Source: Catajapyx aquilonaris
Lineage: Eukaryota
DNA: 43,255 nt
Direction: 5' to 3'
NCBI GenBank assembly: GCA_000934665.2
Contig: KZ538192.1
Location: 62,001 to 105,255 of the forward strand
Position numbers and translations under genes: made by a program. Below the pieces are notes generated by a model. It did not search any database, was not told the DNA's origin, and saw nothing but the letters and a program-made list of their open reading frames with translations. This document shows, piece by piece, positions 11,731 through 25,210 of the stretch (position 1 is its first letter; each line of letters starts with the position of its first letter).

Positions 11731-14700
11731 GGTTGAACTCCATTTGAACCTGAAGTACCGGAGACTAGTAAATGGTCCACATTGGCACCATTATGATGAT
11801 TATGATGTCAGCCCCCAAGTGACCCTATTCATCCTCACCTGTTATGCAACCGCACCCTTCTCGCGCGTGTAGTATAACCTGCAGGCGCATGATGGATGAA
11901 AACTTGGGATTCAAGGCCTGCAATGGTTCCTTTTGTCGCACTGCGAGGCAACGCTGATGGTTAAATATTGCATTGCATCACACCTAGCCAATCTAGTTCC
12001 ACCTTAAGAGGAGGTGAGCACATTACACAGAAAAACTTTAACGTGTGTTACCTTTAATCATTGATCCCAAACTTGATGCCTATTTCCGCGTCAGCCAAAA
12101 GTGTCCTGAAACTTTCAAAATTATCTGCTCCTCAACTAACACCTATAGACTTCTTCCCTAAGGTGTAAGTTTACACAAGGCCAATAACCGTGGGCAGGCG
12201 GTAATAGAACTCGCCCTGTGAGAGGATAGAAGGCAATGTTTCATCACGGAACACTACTCCCCTCCCCACAATTCCAACCCTCTCATCCCCAAGAAGAATG
12301 CACTAGAGACTGCAATGTACATTTACAGACACGGCGCGGCGTCCGTTGACGCAGTTGGCAAGTTACTACAGGGATGTTTACAATAAGCCGAAAATGTATT
12401 GCAAATATGACAGTTTGTATAGGTCTCTTGAGTTTCATCAAGAGAGCACAAAATACTTGTGACAAAAACAAGTGATGCCATCATTTCAATAAAAATATCC
12501 CCTCTCTGTGTACCGATATAACACATGTTAGTAAATTATATCCTGTATAAATAAAATACCAAGTAGTTGCTTCAATATTATGCGTTGTCCACCGCATGAT
12601 TATCACATCGACAAGAAGCTTAGTGAATTTTCTAACGGGAATCCAACTACAGATGAGTCGAAAGTTAATGTTGGAGTAATCAGGTGACTAACTATAGCAA
12701 AAAAATGGCCCAATCTTCACTCCAGCAGCTTTACACGTGAACCTATTATGCCAATGAAGTGAAAGGAAACTCAAATTAAGATGTAATGTCAGTGCCCTAT
12801 CGGGAGAGTTCTTCGTGATAAGAAGAAGCTGCTGGCCATGTAGGCTGCCATGTTCAGCATAAAAACGAAGGCAGCTGGCAGAAGAAGAGTGACGATCGAA
12901 GATAAGGACCCTTCCCGTCCTGGTAACTCTGAATTTTGCTACATGTCTTTAAGCAACCATGTATAGCTCTGGAAGCTTCGGATATTTCTGTTTACTGAGC
13001 CTCCAATATTCATGATAGTTCAGTCCACCTCCGCAGGGATCATTACGGTGAAGTCTAGCCTACACGATACTGCGAATAACCAAGTGATGCCAAGCAAATT
13101 CTGCAAAATTCAAACCTGGTTGCATTTTAATCAGACTCCCTTCTACATGCCAACACCGATGATGGTGGGCAAAAGCAAAATTCCGGCCTGTTTTTCCACA
13201 GCAGTCCTTGTCCTAGTTACGCTGGAATGGATCACATAGTAAATCGAACCTTCCGTAAGCCGAAGTGGCAGCATGCACAAAGCAATAGCCTCAGAAAAGC
13301 GTCAAAGTTTGCCCGTGTGACCATCGAAGCACGTATGACCGCCAAGAAGTGGGATTAGAATCGGAACAAGGTGGGGATCGGGGTTCCATCCATGCCGCCA
13401 TTTGGTGGTTCCTGTCCTCGTTTTGTCAGGAATGGTATGGGGACCCTTCAGCAATTGTACACCCACACCCTCAACTTCGGTAATTGGCTCTACTGTGGAA
13501 TAACTTCCGGACCCAAATGGCGATTCGAAACTCCCTGAAAAGACCATTTTCTGTGCTTGGTAATTCGGATCTGGGCTTGGATTCTACATTTGTTTCGTAT
13601 CTACTTGCCTACTTTTTATTCAAACTAGTATCGTTCTTCTTTATTTGACTGCTAGACGAATGTTTCGGAGCACTTTTTCACATGTCATTGAACATTTTCC
13701 TGCCTGTAGGGGAGGAGCAGACAAAATGAAATCGATGGGCACATTCAGCCTTTGGCCTTTTCTCTGTGGATGTCATTGTGGTAGGTGAAGCCAGATTTTG
13801 CGACCCTGCACTTGGTATACAGGTTTGCTTCAGCTTCAACCCAGATTGGCAGTGAAGAACAAAAAATGGCTGATTTATATCGCAATAGGGCTCATTTGTT
13901 CGCTATGTCAGCTCGAATCATCAGAATAAGATTCTGAAAAAAATGAAGCGGTATCAGCCTAACATGATAATTTGAATAGGAATAGTAATTTGTTTCACTG
14001 TATTATGCCTGTGGCCTTTTATGGCTCTTTTCAATCACTATAATATAGATGGTAAAATGTGATTCCTCAGATTCGAATATATGCCAATGTAATAAAAATG
14101 GACAATGAGTAACTAACAACAGAAGGTAAAACGGATGGACACTAAAATTATTTTTTGATGCTGGTTTTCATGCTGTCATGCCAGCATTTCGTCGGAATAA
14201 GTTTTGTTCAGCGACATTTCGTCCAATTAAATGACATCTCGCCACGCAGCCACGCACAATGTACAGTTTCATCCGACAAAGTTTTCTTGCCCACTGTGCC
14301 CGATTACAATTACGTGTCCAATTATGTACTGTGCATTATTATTATGCAAATTTTAAATTATGCATTATGCACCCAATGACGCACGCAAGTACGAAATCTC
14401 CCGTACGGTACTGTACCGGTATATCAGAAGAGAATTTTGTCGGACAAAAATTATTCGGGTAAAGTGTTATGTAACATGTTTCAATAACACCTTCCTTCCA
14501 CATCGCAGTCAGAATTTTATGGTTTTTACAGAGATAGATGAATGAAGAGCTGAAATTGGCCCTTTGATTTCGATATTTCATATATGATTGGAATGTAGGA
14601 AATAATAGGCATATTGCGCAGGGTGGAATTAAGTGCACTGGGATGAAGGCTCATTTGTCCAGGTATCATCAGCTAGCAAGAGATACAGTTCAGATTTGTG

Positions 14701-16039
14701 GAGCAGATAATTATTATTGCTCACAATATATGATCTCATACTCTGCGTTTCCGATTTAATGAATTTTAAGTTCCTTGATGCACTATCCCACACACCAATG
14801 CGAAGCAAGCAGTATTAACTAATGCTTCGTTTTTAATAATGAAAAGAACCATTGATACTCATGAGCACACGCATAGAGAATTTCATCCGATTCAGTGAGC
14901 TAAAAATGTAGGATCGATATGAACAAATAAGGTCAGACCCTGCATCAAGTATCCTAAGCAGCTTTTCCTTTTGATTGCCTACAATTTGGTTCATGATCAA
15001 TTCCCTGCATTACCGTAGAAGCCCGGATATTTTTTCATAATATAATTTCATAAGTGAAAGCAATAGAGCGTGCGAATCAATAATGATGCGAACTACTGGC
15101 ACCGAGGGTTCTAAGCTTTTGCCAGTAGAGATACGTAAGTCAATAATGTAGCCTGTAATAAAAATATGATGAGAAAATTTGCATGATAACAGTGAGTATG
15201 GAGGGATTTTTTCAATACAAAATCGACCAATATTGCCAATGGTTATATAAAGTTGGCACATATTAAATTTAATAATTTATGCAAAATTCAGAACTTCAAT
15301 TTAATTATTTATGGGTACCGACCATGCCATACATTCTTTATGTGTGGTTTTCAGAAAACTAGATTATGGAAAAACAAACTGTTTGGGCAGTCTTGCCCTT
15401 TTAAAACTGCTAAAAAGTGGTTCGTTTTCTTAAACGGTAGTTGATGGCCTAACAACATACTATGGACAGTAATTCACCAGAAAACATCGTCAAAACGGTG
15501 ACTTATTAACATTAGCTCGCAGATATCGTCCCCTCAGGTATAATGTGAATGAAGCACGCTTTATGCCACTACCTGTGGAATGCTGGCCCTGTAGGATTGT
15601 ATCTATTACGCGGACCTCAATCTTCCTCCTAAAGGGGAAAAAAGGCGAACAAACATTACCGATTCCAGTGAGTAAGCACCGTCTTCCAGAAATATACTGC
15701 AATAATGCATTGTGGCACATAGTTTTACTGGCAGCACACAATCACTACTGCCCAGTTCTACCAACTCACTATCTGGCGGTAATCCGTTTGTTAGTCACGG
15801 TTTAGCTCCTCAGATTAAAAAAAAATACATGTCATCAACATTCTCAAAAGTCAACAAGCAGTTAGTCGCGGGTGTTGCCGGATCGGTCTTATCGTACCCT
15901 TGGCAGTGTTCCCAATGGGAAGCCCTTTTCTGTTGGCACTAGTCACGTGTTGGTCTCCTCCCGCTAAACTGGGTGTTTTATTAAACGTCGGAATTTGGCC
16001 AGTTTAATTCATAAACTCCTCATGGGTCTAGTCGAAAAA

Positions 16040-16110
16040 CGTACCGGGTACGACTGGCGGTCCCATGTCTATGATGGGGGCGAAATGCTTCATGTGAACC
16101 AGAGTGCACC
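16040..16110 (+). mobile_element. Possible decayed SINE fragment
   Basis: 'ggcggtcccatgtctatgatgggggcgaaatgc...gagtgcac' resembles the body of Ruka-like arthropod SINEs as recalled, and shares gagtgcac with the family C copy. It is short and has no TSD. Confidence 0.35.
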
Positions 16111-16469
16111 AAGAATATCCACTTTTGACTTTTAAAACCGATCAATTTTTTGACGTAAATGTAGAGCTTTGTTGGCCCGATTGGCTGTCAATTATATTCA
16201 AGCAACAGGCCATATCAAATGCTCCTGTGAAGTACACAATCTGAATTAAATGTGATGTTACGGAAACCATAAAAATTAAATACTGACCAGTGATTTGCAT
16301 AGCCTTCACCGAATGTGTACCAAAAGCCTCAGCCCAAGCCACTCAGTAAATAATAGTTATATGGGCACTTACAATGCCTTGGATTCTTCAAATTTCAATA
16401 GTGTGGATAAATACAAAGACGGGTGTTGGGCGCTAATAAACGGTTTAACCCACTGCACTGAGAGATGAA

Positions 16470-16630
16470 GGGCCGTTTTCTCGAACAGTGGTTCAAATGT
16501 AAACTGAGTTCAAAGCCAGTTTAATTTGAGTTTAATCCCTGATTTGATTGTTCTTAGGCTGTTTCAAGGGTTTAAACCGGCTTTGAACCGGGTTTACATT
16601 ATTTTGAACCACTGTTCGAGAAAACGGCCC
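16470..16630. mobile_element. 161 bp near-palindromic MITE, PIF/Harbinger (Tourist)-like
   Basis: TIR gggccgttttctcgaacagtggttcaaa / tttgaaccactgttcgagaaaacggccc is a perfect 28 bp match. Symmetry continues inward (atgtaaac..gttcaaagcc / ggctttgaac..gtttacat). Flanks gaa / taa are consistent with a mutated TAA TSD. Confidence 0.85.
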
Positions 16631-16678
16631 TAAGGAACACAATCCACCATTTAAGCAGCGCTAAACTACACCAAGAGC

Positions 16679-16826
16679 CAAGGGGGTAATCACTCGACTG
16701 AAAAGTGTACACTGGAGTACCAAATTCAAGGAGTACCACGGAGTAATAAAGAGTGAGGTGCCTGAGGAGTACCAGGGAGTACCACTCCCAGGTGTACACC
16801 GGAATACCGAAGTGATTACCCCCTTG
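16679..16826. mobile_element. 148 bp MITE with 16 bp TIR and exact 8 bp TSD (hAT- or P-like)
   Basis: TIR caagggggtaatcact (16679-16694) / agtgattacccccttg (16811-16826). TSD ccaagagc at 16671-16678 and 16827-16834. The interior has a repeated ggagtacca motif and two gtgtacac palindromes. Confidence 0.9.
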
Positions 16827-17340
16827 CCAAGAGCTCTTGCTACACATAGCTCTATCATTAAGTAAAACAGGCTGGTGGAACCCGACATGACTGTATATCG
16901 ACTGAAAAATTTGTCGTATCAGATTTTCGAAGCCGAATTGTTCGAGATTCTGCGTATTTCATTATTTAGAGAAACGTATCTAAGATGGAATGAAAAGGCT
17001 TCTATAAATTACATGATACAGTAGACTACACACATATCACAATATCTGCTTCCTCTTAAAATAGGCATATATCCTGGGACACACGCGATCACCAACATTC
17101 TGCCACTATACTCGTCCAATTGCAATGAGCAAATACTTATTCAATATCAGATGTATTTGTTGGTGATTAAATACAGTGAAGAAGAAGAAACATGATTTTA
17201 GTGTCATCTCCCAGCCACCAAATCGTCGCCATTACAGCTGGCATAAATTCTTGTGTACCTCAAGTCCTCGCATTTTGTGCCCAGTGCTTCTAATGAAAAT
17301 GGATTAGTTGACCGCACGCCAATGTTAACATCAACTCTTC

Positions 17341-17493
17341 AGGCGAATCAACACTAGAGGACGCTGAAAACCTGCGCAATGTGCGTAACGTTCCAATTAA
17401 CCAATCAGCGCTTCCCTACTTGCCCCAGCGGAACGCCAATTGATGAATTGGAACGTTGCGCACGTCCTGAGCCTCCTAGTGTGAACGTGGCTT
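17341..17493. mobile_element. Degenerate palindromic MITE, Harbinger-like
   Basis: Outer aggc..tcaacactag / ctagtgtgaa..ggctt. Inner arms gtgcgtaacgttccaatt (17381-17398) and aattggaacgttgcgcac (17446-17463) pair at 17 of 18 positions. Confidence 0.6.
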
Positions 17494-20400
17494 TCGTCAT
17501 CGCCAGTGACACGTAGTTCTCACCACATGTCGCCTATACAACCCTGGATGCATGTCCCTGACCTCCCATTCCTAATGTTATATGGCCTATCAATTTATTG
17601 CCCATTGCTGATCACTCATTACCACCCTTGCGGGCACGTTTCTCTTCGGTGGGGTTGAACACTCTGTTCAATACTGGCACTGATGTCAACAATATGGTGT
17701 ATGGATAATCAGACCTTACCCAAACCTCCGAGTTTTACTTCCCGATCATAAAAACCGGTTCGCATGAGGCTGACTGTCGCTTTCACTCTAGTAATCCTTG
17801 TAATTATTATTTACCGTAGCATTGCTTCACATTGCGGTAAGCCTGTTTACGATTATTTGCCTTTTTATAACACAAAGGCACCAATTTCGCACTTAGTAAA
17901 AACCAACGTCGATTCGGCAATAAAATGACAAAGGAACTGAGACCAGATTTAAAAGCCACACACGCGTAAAAATTCAATCGAACATGTCATTTCCAATGTA
18001 TCGTTTTGTACAGTTGAGAGTTTGTCGTCACTTGAGTTGTGGGACAGTTTGACCGGTTTATGAGCACTCTTAACTGGCTACAGCCCGTTTAATTCCGCGC
18101 CATAACCGACCGCTGTATTTTGTTATGCTGAAGTCCAATTTGCAATAACCAAATACGAATTATTAGTAGACCGTACATGGATCAATTAATCCGCTTCGAG
18201 TCCCAAAATGTGGCAAAACATCCTTTTCACCAAAAACACTACTAAGCACTTAACAAGGCATGATGAATGGCGTTTGATTCCATCAACTGCACCATACATT
18301 ATCCTTGATTTGCGCTGCCCCCCATCTCCCATGCTTCATTTTTTTCGCATGGTGAAGGGAGAGAGAGAGAGGGTGGGGGGTAGAGGCCACCGAGCCCTGT
18401 ATTTTTGACGTTGCGTTGGCGAAAACTCGATGCCATGCATCATCCTGGCAGTCAGAGTCCACAGCGCTTTGCACAGTGTAACGCTGAAAAATTGAATCAA
18501 ATCAAAATTGGGAATTGCACGCGTCCGAGGCGCCAACAAAGCGTGACTCTCACTGACAACGTTCTGCACTGTCAGCCAACTATTATACAAACTTCGATAA
18601 CCCAATTACCGACGATAATTATTAGGAAACGAGTCATGCATAGGATTTGTTTCCCAACTTTGACCATAGCAAGGCTATAGTTATAATAGATCAACCGACT
18701 CATAAATATTATGTTGAGTTGTGGCACAACGTTTTTCAAGCTTCATTGCTTCAGCTTTTTGTTGTATGCGTGGACGAGTACAACATTGCATTTCGCGGCA
18801 TTGGAGAATTAACTTAGCCTTTTTGACTCAATTAATCAACGTTGCCCACTCAACTCTTACTCGCCTTGTTTGTGAAAACAAGTGCGGTCGCCTGTTGTGT
18901 AATCGCTATTGCAACAATCTCCGTTCGCTTAATCATCATAAATTCTGGCCATTTATTTGAAACTGCACTTCCGAACTGATTTTTACAGTATCCTGGGCGC
19001 CTAATGTAGTGACCACCATGATGTACAGTATAAATATTCCGCATTGTCGGTCCCGTATAAACTGCGCAATGCGCCTCTACAGCTAACTGAAATATTTATA
19101 ACATCTAGCCATTTCAAACATATTGATTGGGGAACCGGTTTTAGCGCCAGGTTTATTAGGTACTATGTTATACGCTATTATAGCTCTCGCGACAGTCAAC
19201 GGAAAACGATTGTGCTTTCCAGCTACTTTCACTCTACAGAAATAGATCCTCTGCCTTATACTGTAGATCAGGCCTTGGGACTCTTTAAGTACGTGATATT
19301 TCAGAACTTATCCTTGAAGTTTGACACACTTGTAGGTACTGTACGTACCTAACTTCTATAAAAGACAGTGATGTATAATTTGGACCCATATTTGTATAAT
19401 CGGAGCCCTCCAAGTTCCCGGGATTTGAAAGATTTTTTTTTGTACGTGGCTTATTAAATTAAAAATTACGCGCAGGTGGCTTATGTTCAGTATAATACAA
19501 TGTCAGTTCTCTACGCTATTTGCAAAAGGTATTGTTGGCCAATGTCACAAGTGGAAGTCCAATTAGGAAAAGCCAGTGCAGGTTTAAAGTTGCCACTTTG
19601 GCATTCACGACGCGACAATGCGTTGCAGATTCTGCAGGGTAAAGAGCCTTGAATTGGGTACTTTTTGTCCTATTGCGATAAATAGCTAACTTTCCGCTCT
19701 GGCTGCAGGCCAAAGGTATCGTGCGTGGATGGCTCCAATGAGTCGCGCTAAAATCTGTAATGCCAGCAGAATGGATCGCTTACTTTGGATGGCGATTTTA
19801 GTAAGTACTGATTAACGCAGCCTGTGATATGCGCTTTTGTGTTCTCTTGTGGTCAATAAAAATGCACATTTAGTGATATAATTGGCTAGCATATTTTGAA
19901 AAAATAGAGCAGGGCCACACATTTTCTACGTTATTTCTACTTACAATTTGTGAAAGGGTGTAAAACATATATGATCTACTGTGCACGGTGCTAGAATGAA
20001 TAAACACTTGCATGATGCTTTAGTTGAGAGGATGCAGTAGGCAACACATATTTTGGTAGTAAGCTGCTTTTTATAAGCCGGTAGAGAGGTGCTTGTATGG
20101 AGAAAAAAATTGTTGTTGGTTAGTCTGGCTGGAACCGTGTGGGACATAGTAATTGCACCTGTTTGTACCCAAGCTGCAATAACGTAAATAATGTCTTCAA
20201 TATGTTGCTGTTCGTGCCCTGAACTGATATGAATCCCCAAACGTTGTGTGTGACCATGTTGACCCGTTGGACCTTTTGGGACATTAGGTCATGCGACATA
20301 GAACCGCCATTTTTCCATGACAAGCACAATTAGATTTCTTAAGACGCAGCCTTAGACCTCATCTCAAAGGACTAAGTACAGAATGATCTATAGGATTTTT

Positions 20401-21109
20401 TTCTGCGTGGCATACAATAATTATTTTTTGATGTTAGGTTGTTCACACGGTAATACAAAAGTAATAATTAACCAAATTTTTCTATTCATTCCTCTTATTG
20501 TTTTGAATTCCGGATTTTAAAATCGTGAATGGGAGAATTAGTCCTATATTGTATGGTTATTTAAAAATATTATTCTTAATCTCTTTGATCCAGTTGCGTA
20601 TGGAAAATCTGGTAGCTATTTCAGCCTATATAAAGTGGACTCACAGTAATGTGATATTCCACCTAATCGTATAGTTTGTACCAATCCTCTCTGCCCAAGG
20701 TCGTCGGTTGCAAATGAAATAACACTGCAATTAAGGGTGTGACCGTCAACAGTTAATTATCCCATACACATTTTTCATAATAAAATATACTCAGACATGT
20801 AATTTTGGCTTGCCTAACGAGACTCATTCACACATAATTCAGCTAATTACTGAAACCACAGGAATGCATCACTCTTTTACATTTTTACAGAGTGCAATAG
20901 ACCTGAAGAGTGAAACATTTTGAGTGTGCTTGAAATTCTTGTCAAATGTAGGCTAACATACCATATACCTGCTCTCTAAAATGCACACGCAATGGATAAT
21001 AATTAACACGTTTAAATAATGTTAAGTTATGCGCAACGTAAAGAACGCAGTGAATTTTTCCTCCGGCTTTCCAGCTCACAACAAAGGGACGTATAGGTAA
21101 TAAAAAAAT

Positions 21110-21139
21110 AGAGAGAGAGAGAGAGGGAGAGAGAGAGAG
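21110..21139. repeat. (GA)n microsatellite
   Basis: Directly visible. Confidence 0.9.
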
Positions 21140-22188
21140 GAAACGTGCCTCTCATAACATGGCGCGATTTTTCCCCGTTATTCATGTGAGACGGACATTT
21201 ACGTCGCCTCGTTTACCGAGGAACTCCATTTATCCGCTAAAATTCCCAAAGCAATTCCTAATATAAGGAGATGAATGAATGTACTTTTCGTTGCGATTAC
21301 CGTAATTCTGCGTCTCAAGTTGAGCATTCGGACTGGCAATGGAGAAAAGTTTTCCCTTTCGGAATGAACCGTGACGTTATTGCATCAAGCAAAAGTTTAA
21401 AGAGAAAATAGTTGGATAAAAAGGAGCAAAGAATGATGCGGAAGGGGCCTATACAGCAGAGTCTACATTGACAAGACCTGAATAACTTAGGAAGCACTCA
21501 AAGTAGCAAAGCTTTGCGCTTTGCACTGGAATTTTCTCTCATATTGACATTTATACATGAGTAATAGCGGCAAATTATCAAGGTAAATAACTCTGAAGCG
21601 CATGTGTATGGATGAACGTTGTTTATTGTGCAGTGGTTCTTGTCCTGCTGTTCAAACGAGCTGGATAAAACTATGCGCCGAGAATAGATTGCAATCTTTT
21701 CCTGCAGACTTTAATTTCGCCCATTCGCCCCCCCCCCCCACCACCACCACTGGCAAACGTCCACCTTTTTCGACTTCCAAAAAGATTGATTGCCATTATA
21801 TTGATTCCTGCGTGCAACTTTTGTATGCGAAAATGGGTTTCGCCCCATTTGAAAGAAAGGTCGTCCTGTTATATTTCACATGCACGGTTCTAAACTTAAT
21901 TTTGTGCGACATTAGCACGCAGTCTATTGTCACTTTGTGATACTGTACTCTGCAGCACCTAGGGCCTATTGAAAGTTGCTCCCAAACTTGTAACTGAATC
22001 ATCATCTCATTCGTAAACTTTTCAAAAAGAAGCAATATTTTCAAAGTTGGACTAAGTTTTTTTTTCTTTCTTCTCTACGCTCCTGGCAGTCCGGATGCAC
22101 ACAGGGTGGTGCGCGTTACAGTATACTTGTCAAGACCTGTAAATTGTCTTGGACAGGAAAAAGTTCAACCCCCTGTGGCTAGACTTAC

Positions 22189-22322
22189 CTGAACGTCGTT
22201 GACGAGGAAGGTTAGGTTAGCAGCTGGCTTGGAGCGAAAAGAGATGCAACTGGCGTTGATGCGTTGACCCACCTCGTATCGGTTTTTGGTCACATTGATG
22301 CTGGGCTTCCCGTCTGGTAAAT
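22189..22322 (-). CDS. beat: Internal coding exon of a Beat-family Ig protein; N-terminal half of the second (C2-type) Ig domain
   Basis: Acceptor 'ttggtgtttcag|AT' and donor 'CAG|gtaagt'. 134 nt, phase 1 in and phase 0 out, matching both neighbouring exons. Translates (D)LPDGKPSINVTKNRYEVGQRINASCISFRSKPAANLTFLVNDVQ, with the P-x-I...Y-x-V-G...A-x-C-x-S...S-x-P-A-A-N-L-T-F pattern of Beat Ig2. It carries three N-glycosylation sequons (NVT, NAS, NLT). Confidence 0.92.
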
Positions 22323-25154
22323 CTGAAACACCAAATTCGCTCACTACAGTATACGTCGAACTTTCGTAAGGTTTTTATAACCTTAGGACACATTTCCAAA
22401 AAAAAAAAAACATTTTGCATCGAAATATTAACAGGTGGTTCAATGTTCCTCTAAGACAGGGTGGTATCTTGAGGTTTTGTGTGCGTGAAAAATTGCGTGT
22501 TACGCTCTATGAGGTTCAGGTCGCTCTTTTTCCTCCCAGCACCCAGTTTTTTGGTGGTTTCTGTGGTCGCATTCGGAGCACTTGGCAGTTCTCATCAGTG
22601 TGAGACGAAAGGAAATGAAAATATTTGCCGTGACTGAGAGCAGCTGCGCTGTTCTCTCGGGACTGAGCTGCTGTCTCGTGTTGCTTACTGGAAGTAAACA
22701 AACCCGATTTCCCTCTTGGTTGCCACGGCTACAAAGACGGCGGGAGATGGCTTGGCTTATGTGGCAAAGTACCGGCGGGAGAAGGAAACTGGGAAGGAGA
22801 AGGTTAATGAGGTAGGAACGTCTTCCTCCGAATCTCCTCTCATTCCCTAACCTAAGGAAACATGCAAAGATCGAATAAAAAATTGCGCCCGTTGGGAATT
22901 CGCATCACTAATGTGGAAATTTCCATGGCTGGCCCGGAGTCAAGTTGAAAGGTCGCTCGAGTTTTTTGACTGCCAGCGATCGAAATTGATTGCATCCAAT
23001 GTTACAGATATTTATGTGATCTTTCCTGCTCCTAGTATGCAATCGGGATGTATCCGTCATTGGAAGACAGAATTTGCATATATGCCCAGACGTCGTTTGT
23101 TGTAGTAAACAAATGTTATGGACGTACAAAAAAATGGAGCAAGAATCCTGTTAGATGGCCATTAATTACATACTGAAATGACTGCTATATAGTTGCACTG
23201 GGCTCAACACGAAAATTACATTTATTCTCGCTGTTTTAGAAACCTATACGGTAAAATACTTTGAGTTGCCATATTCACCTGCTGCTAAAATATACTTGAA
23301 TCGAATTGACAACATTTGAATGCCTCGCGCATCTCTCTTAAATACAGAAACCTGAATAGCAGTTTACAATGTTACAATCTGTGTGTCGAATATCCTATTC
23401 GCTTTTTTATGTGCTCGTGGGAACACAGTGTATAATTTCAGGTCGATTTCGACTGAAAAAAACCTGAAGTCATATTTCAAAAGCGACGGATATGAGACCC
23501 AACTGCCAACGTATAACAAATTCAGCACAGTAAAGCAGTAGCGATGAAAATAATATTCTGGCGACTCCCCACAAAATCACCTCAACTGCTTACTGCAATA
23601 TGTTATGATTATTTGTTTGTTTGTTTGTTTGAGGAGCGTGCAGGGCAGTTTCGAGCAGAGGTGTAGGAGTATGAGAGAGGCGTGAATGCATTTGATGCAA
23701 GCATATTTTTTTTGAGCATATGTCCCAGGTGGCGTGAGCTCCCGTGATGGTTTATCCACCTCGTTGACGGTTCCAAGTTCGCAGATGTTCACGTTCTGTT
23801 TCCTCCGAGAATAAATCGCTTGGCGTGAAAAGTTGCGGAGGCGTACTCTAGCAGAGGAACGGCCGAGAAACTATTGCACCCGCTTTGAATCCCGACTTTT
23901 TTCCGCTTTACAGAGCCTCAAAGGTCTGAATGAGGTGGGGCGATTGACTCCAGGAAATGGCTGCGAATCCGCGTCGACCGGTTTTTTCCCATCCGAAAAA
24001 AAGCGCCACGTCGTCGTTCTGAGGTAAAAATTGTGACTGTACATGTATGCGTCCGTGTCCGTATATTCGGGGCTTCAAAAGGGTCTTTTATGACGTTAGC
24101 GAATGGGTTAGGCCCTCGAGGAGCGGTGGCTGCTGACTTTTTGCTACCAGCACTCCACCCCAAAAGGATAGAAATGCAAGTGAAACCAACTTCGGCTGGA
24201 TACACTGTTTGTTGCTGCAGTGTGCTTGTCAACAAGTTTTTATAAAGTTTGGCGCGATGCAAGGCCCCGGCGACATAAATTTTGATGTAAAGGAAGTACA
24301 GTGCCGTATAAAAGTTTGCAGCGTCCGCCAGGATACAAACCCATTGACCTATTTTTTAGTTTCTACATTTTAAACTTTTCAGGGAGAGTTTTATATTTTT
24401 GGTACTAAAATTTAATGAAGTGGAATGTTTATGGTGACCGATTGGAGATTTACGCAAGTGTGGAGAAGTGTCTGATGACAAGTGTGTAGCACGTCTAGGT
24501 ACAGTCATTCGACTGCTATGCAATATACAGAGTTGTGCTATTCCGCTTATTATACGTGAATTTACCATACTGCCTGATTCCTATGAAGGAACAACAACAA
24601 CACACTTCACTATGTCTCCACTTTATTAGCTCTGTAATCATAATTCTTACATACGTTTTCTGTTGATTTCAGTAAAAACTGCGCTCAGTCAACAAAAACA
24701 TTGTTGGAGTTACTTGAGATATTTTCACTAACAATGCGTGAATACTTTAAAAATAATTTAGAGTTCATTGGCTAATTTTGCAAAACGCGGAAAACTGTCA
24801 TGTTTTCCCCTATACATAATGGCTTGCAGGCGTTTGTGACCGTTTGCACGAAATAATAAAGATAGTCATGAATCGCGAAAGCACGCCCGCCCCCTCACAG
24901 CCTCGCACAGACAGACATTTTGTTTAGGTTATTGCCTGCGGATGCGAACTTTTTTTTTGTTTATCTTGAGCCGATCGATGATAATTCTTTCCGAAAATGT
25001 ACCCCACCAAATGCACCGCCGGACAAACAAGTACAACGGCAATTGGAAATGAAAATGGTCGCATATCACTGTGCGGTAAATATTCGGATCCGCCGGGACT
25101 GCATTTGAACGAAATCGTTATCATTCGCTTTTCGGTTTTGTAAGCGTGGTGGGA

Positions 25155-25210
25155 TTTTTTTTTTTTTTTTTTTTTTGCGTATGTGTGCTGTTGTTGCTGC
25201 TGCTGCTGCT
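25155..25210. repeat. Poly-T run followed by (TGT/TGC)n trinucleotide repeat
   Basis: Directly visible; explains the poly-Q and poly-K stretches in ORF 24924..25337. Confidence 0.9.

Noticed and set aside
13302..13547. Possible cassette exon after 'ggtcttttcag' (minus)
   Set aside because: No matching donor or homology; it would interrupt Ig2, which is already complete from the flanking exons.
13707..14662. Possible pogo-like MITE (taggggagg...aaaatgaa / ggctcatttgtcc)
   Set aside because: Ends are too degenerate and there is no TSD.
16700..16810. CRISPR-like or iteron-like short repeats
   Set aside because: Units are ~9 bp with irregular short spacing inside a MITE; eukaryotic context and no cas genes.
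17740..18068. Short inverted repeat tcataaaaaccgg / ccggtttatga
   Set aside because: Short and imperfect, with no TSD.
24297..24325. Tc1-like TIR start tacagtgccgtataaaagtttg
   Set aside because: No matching opposite end found.
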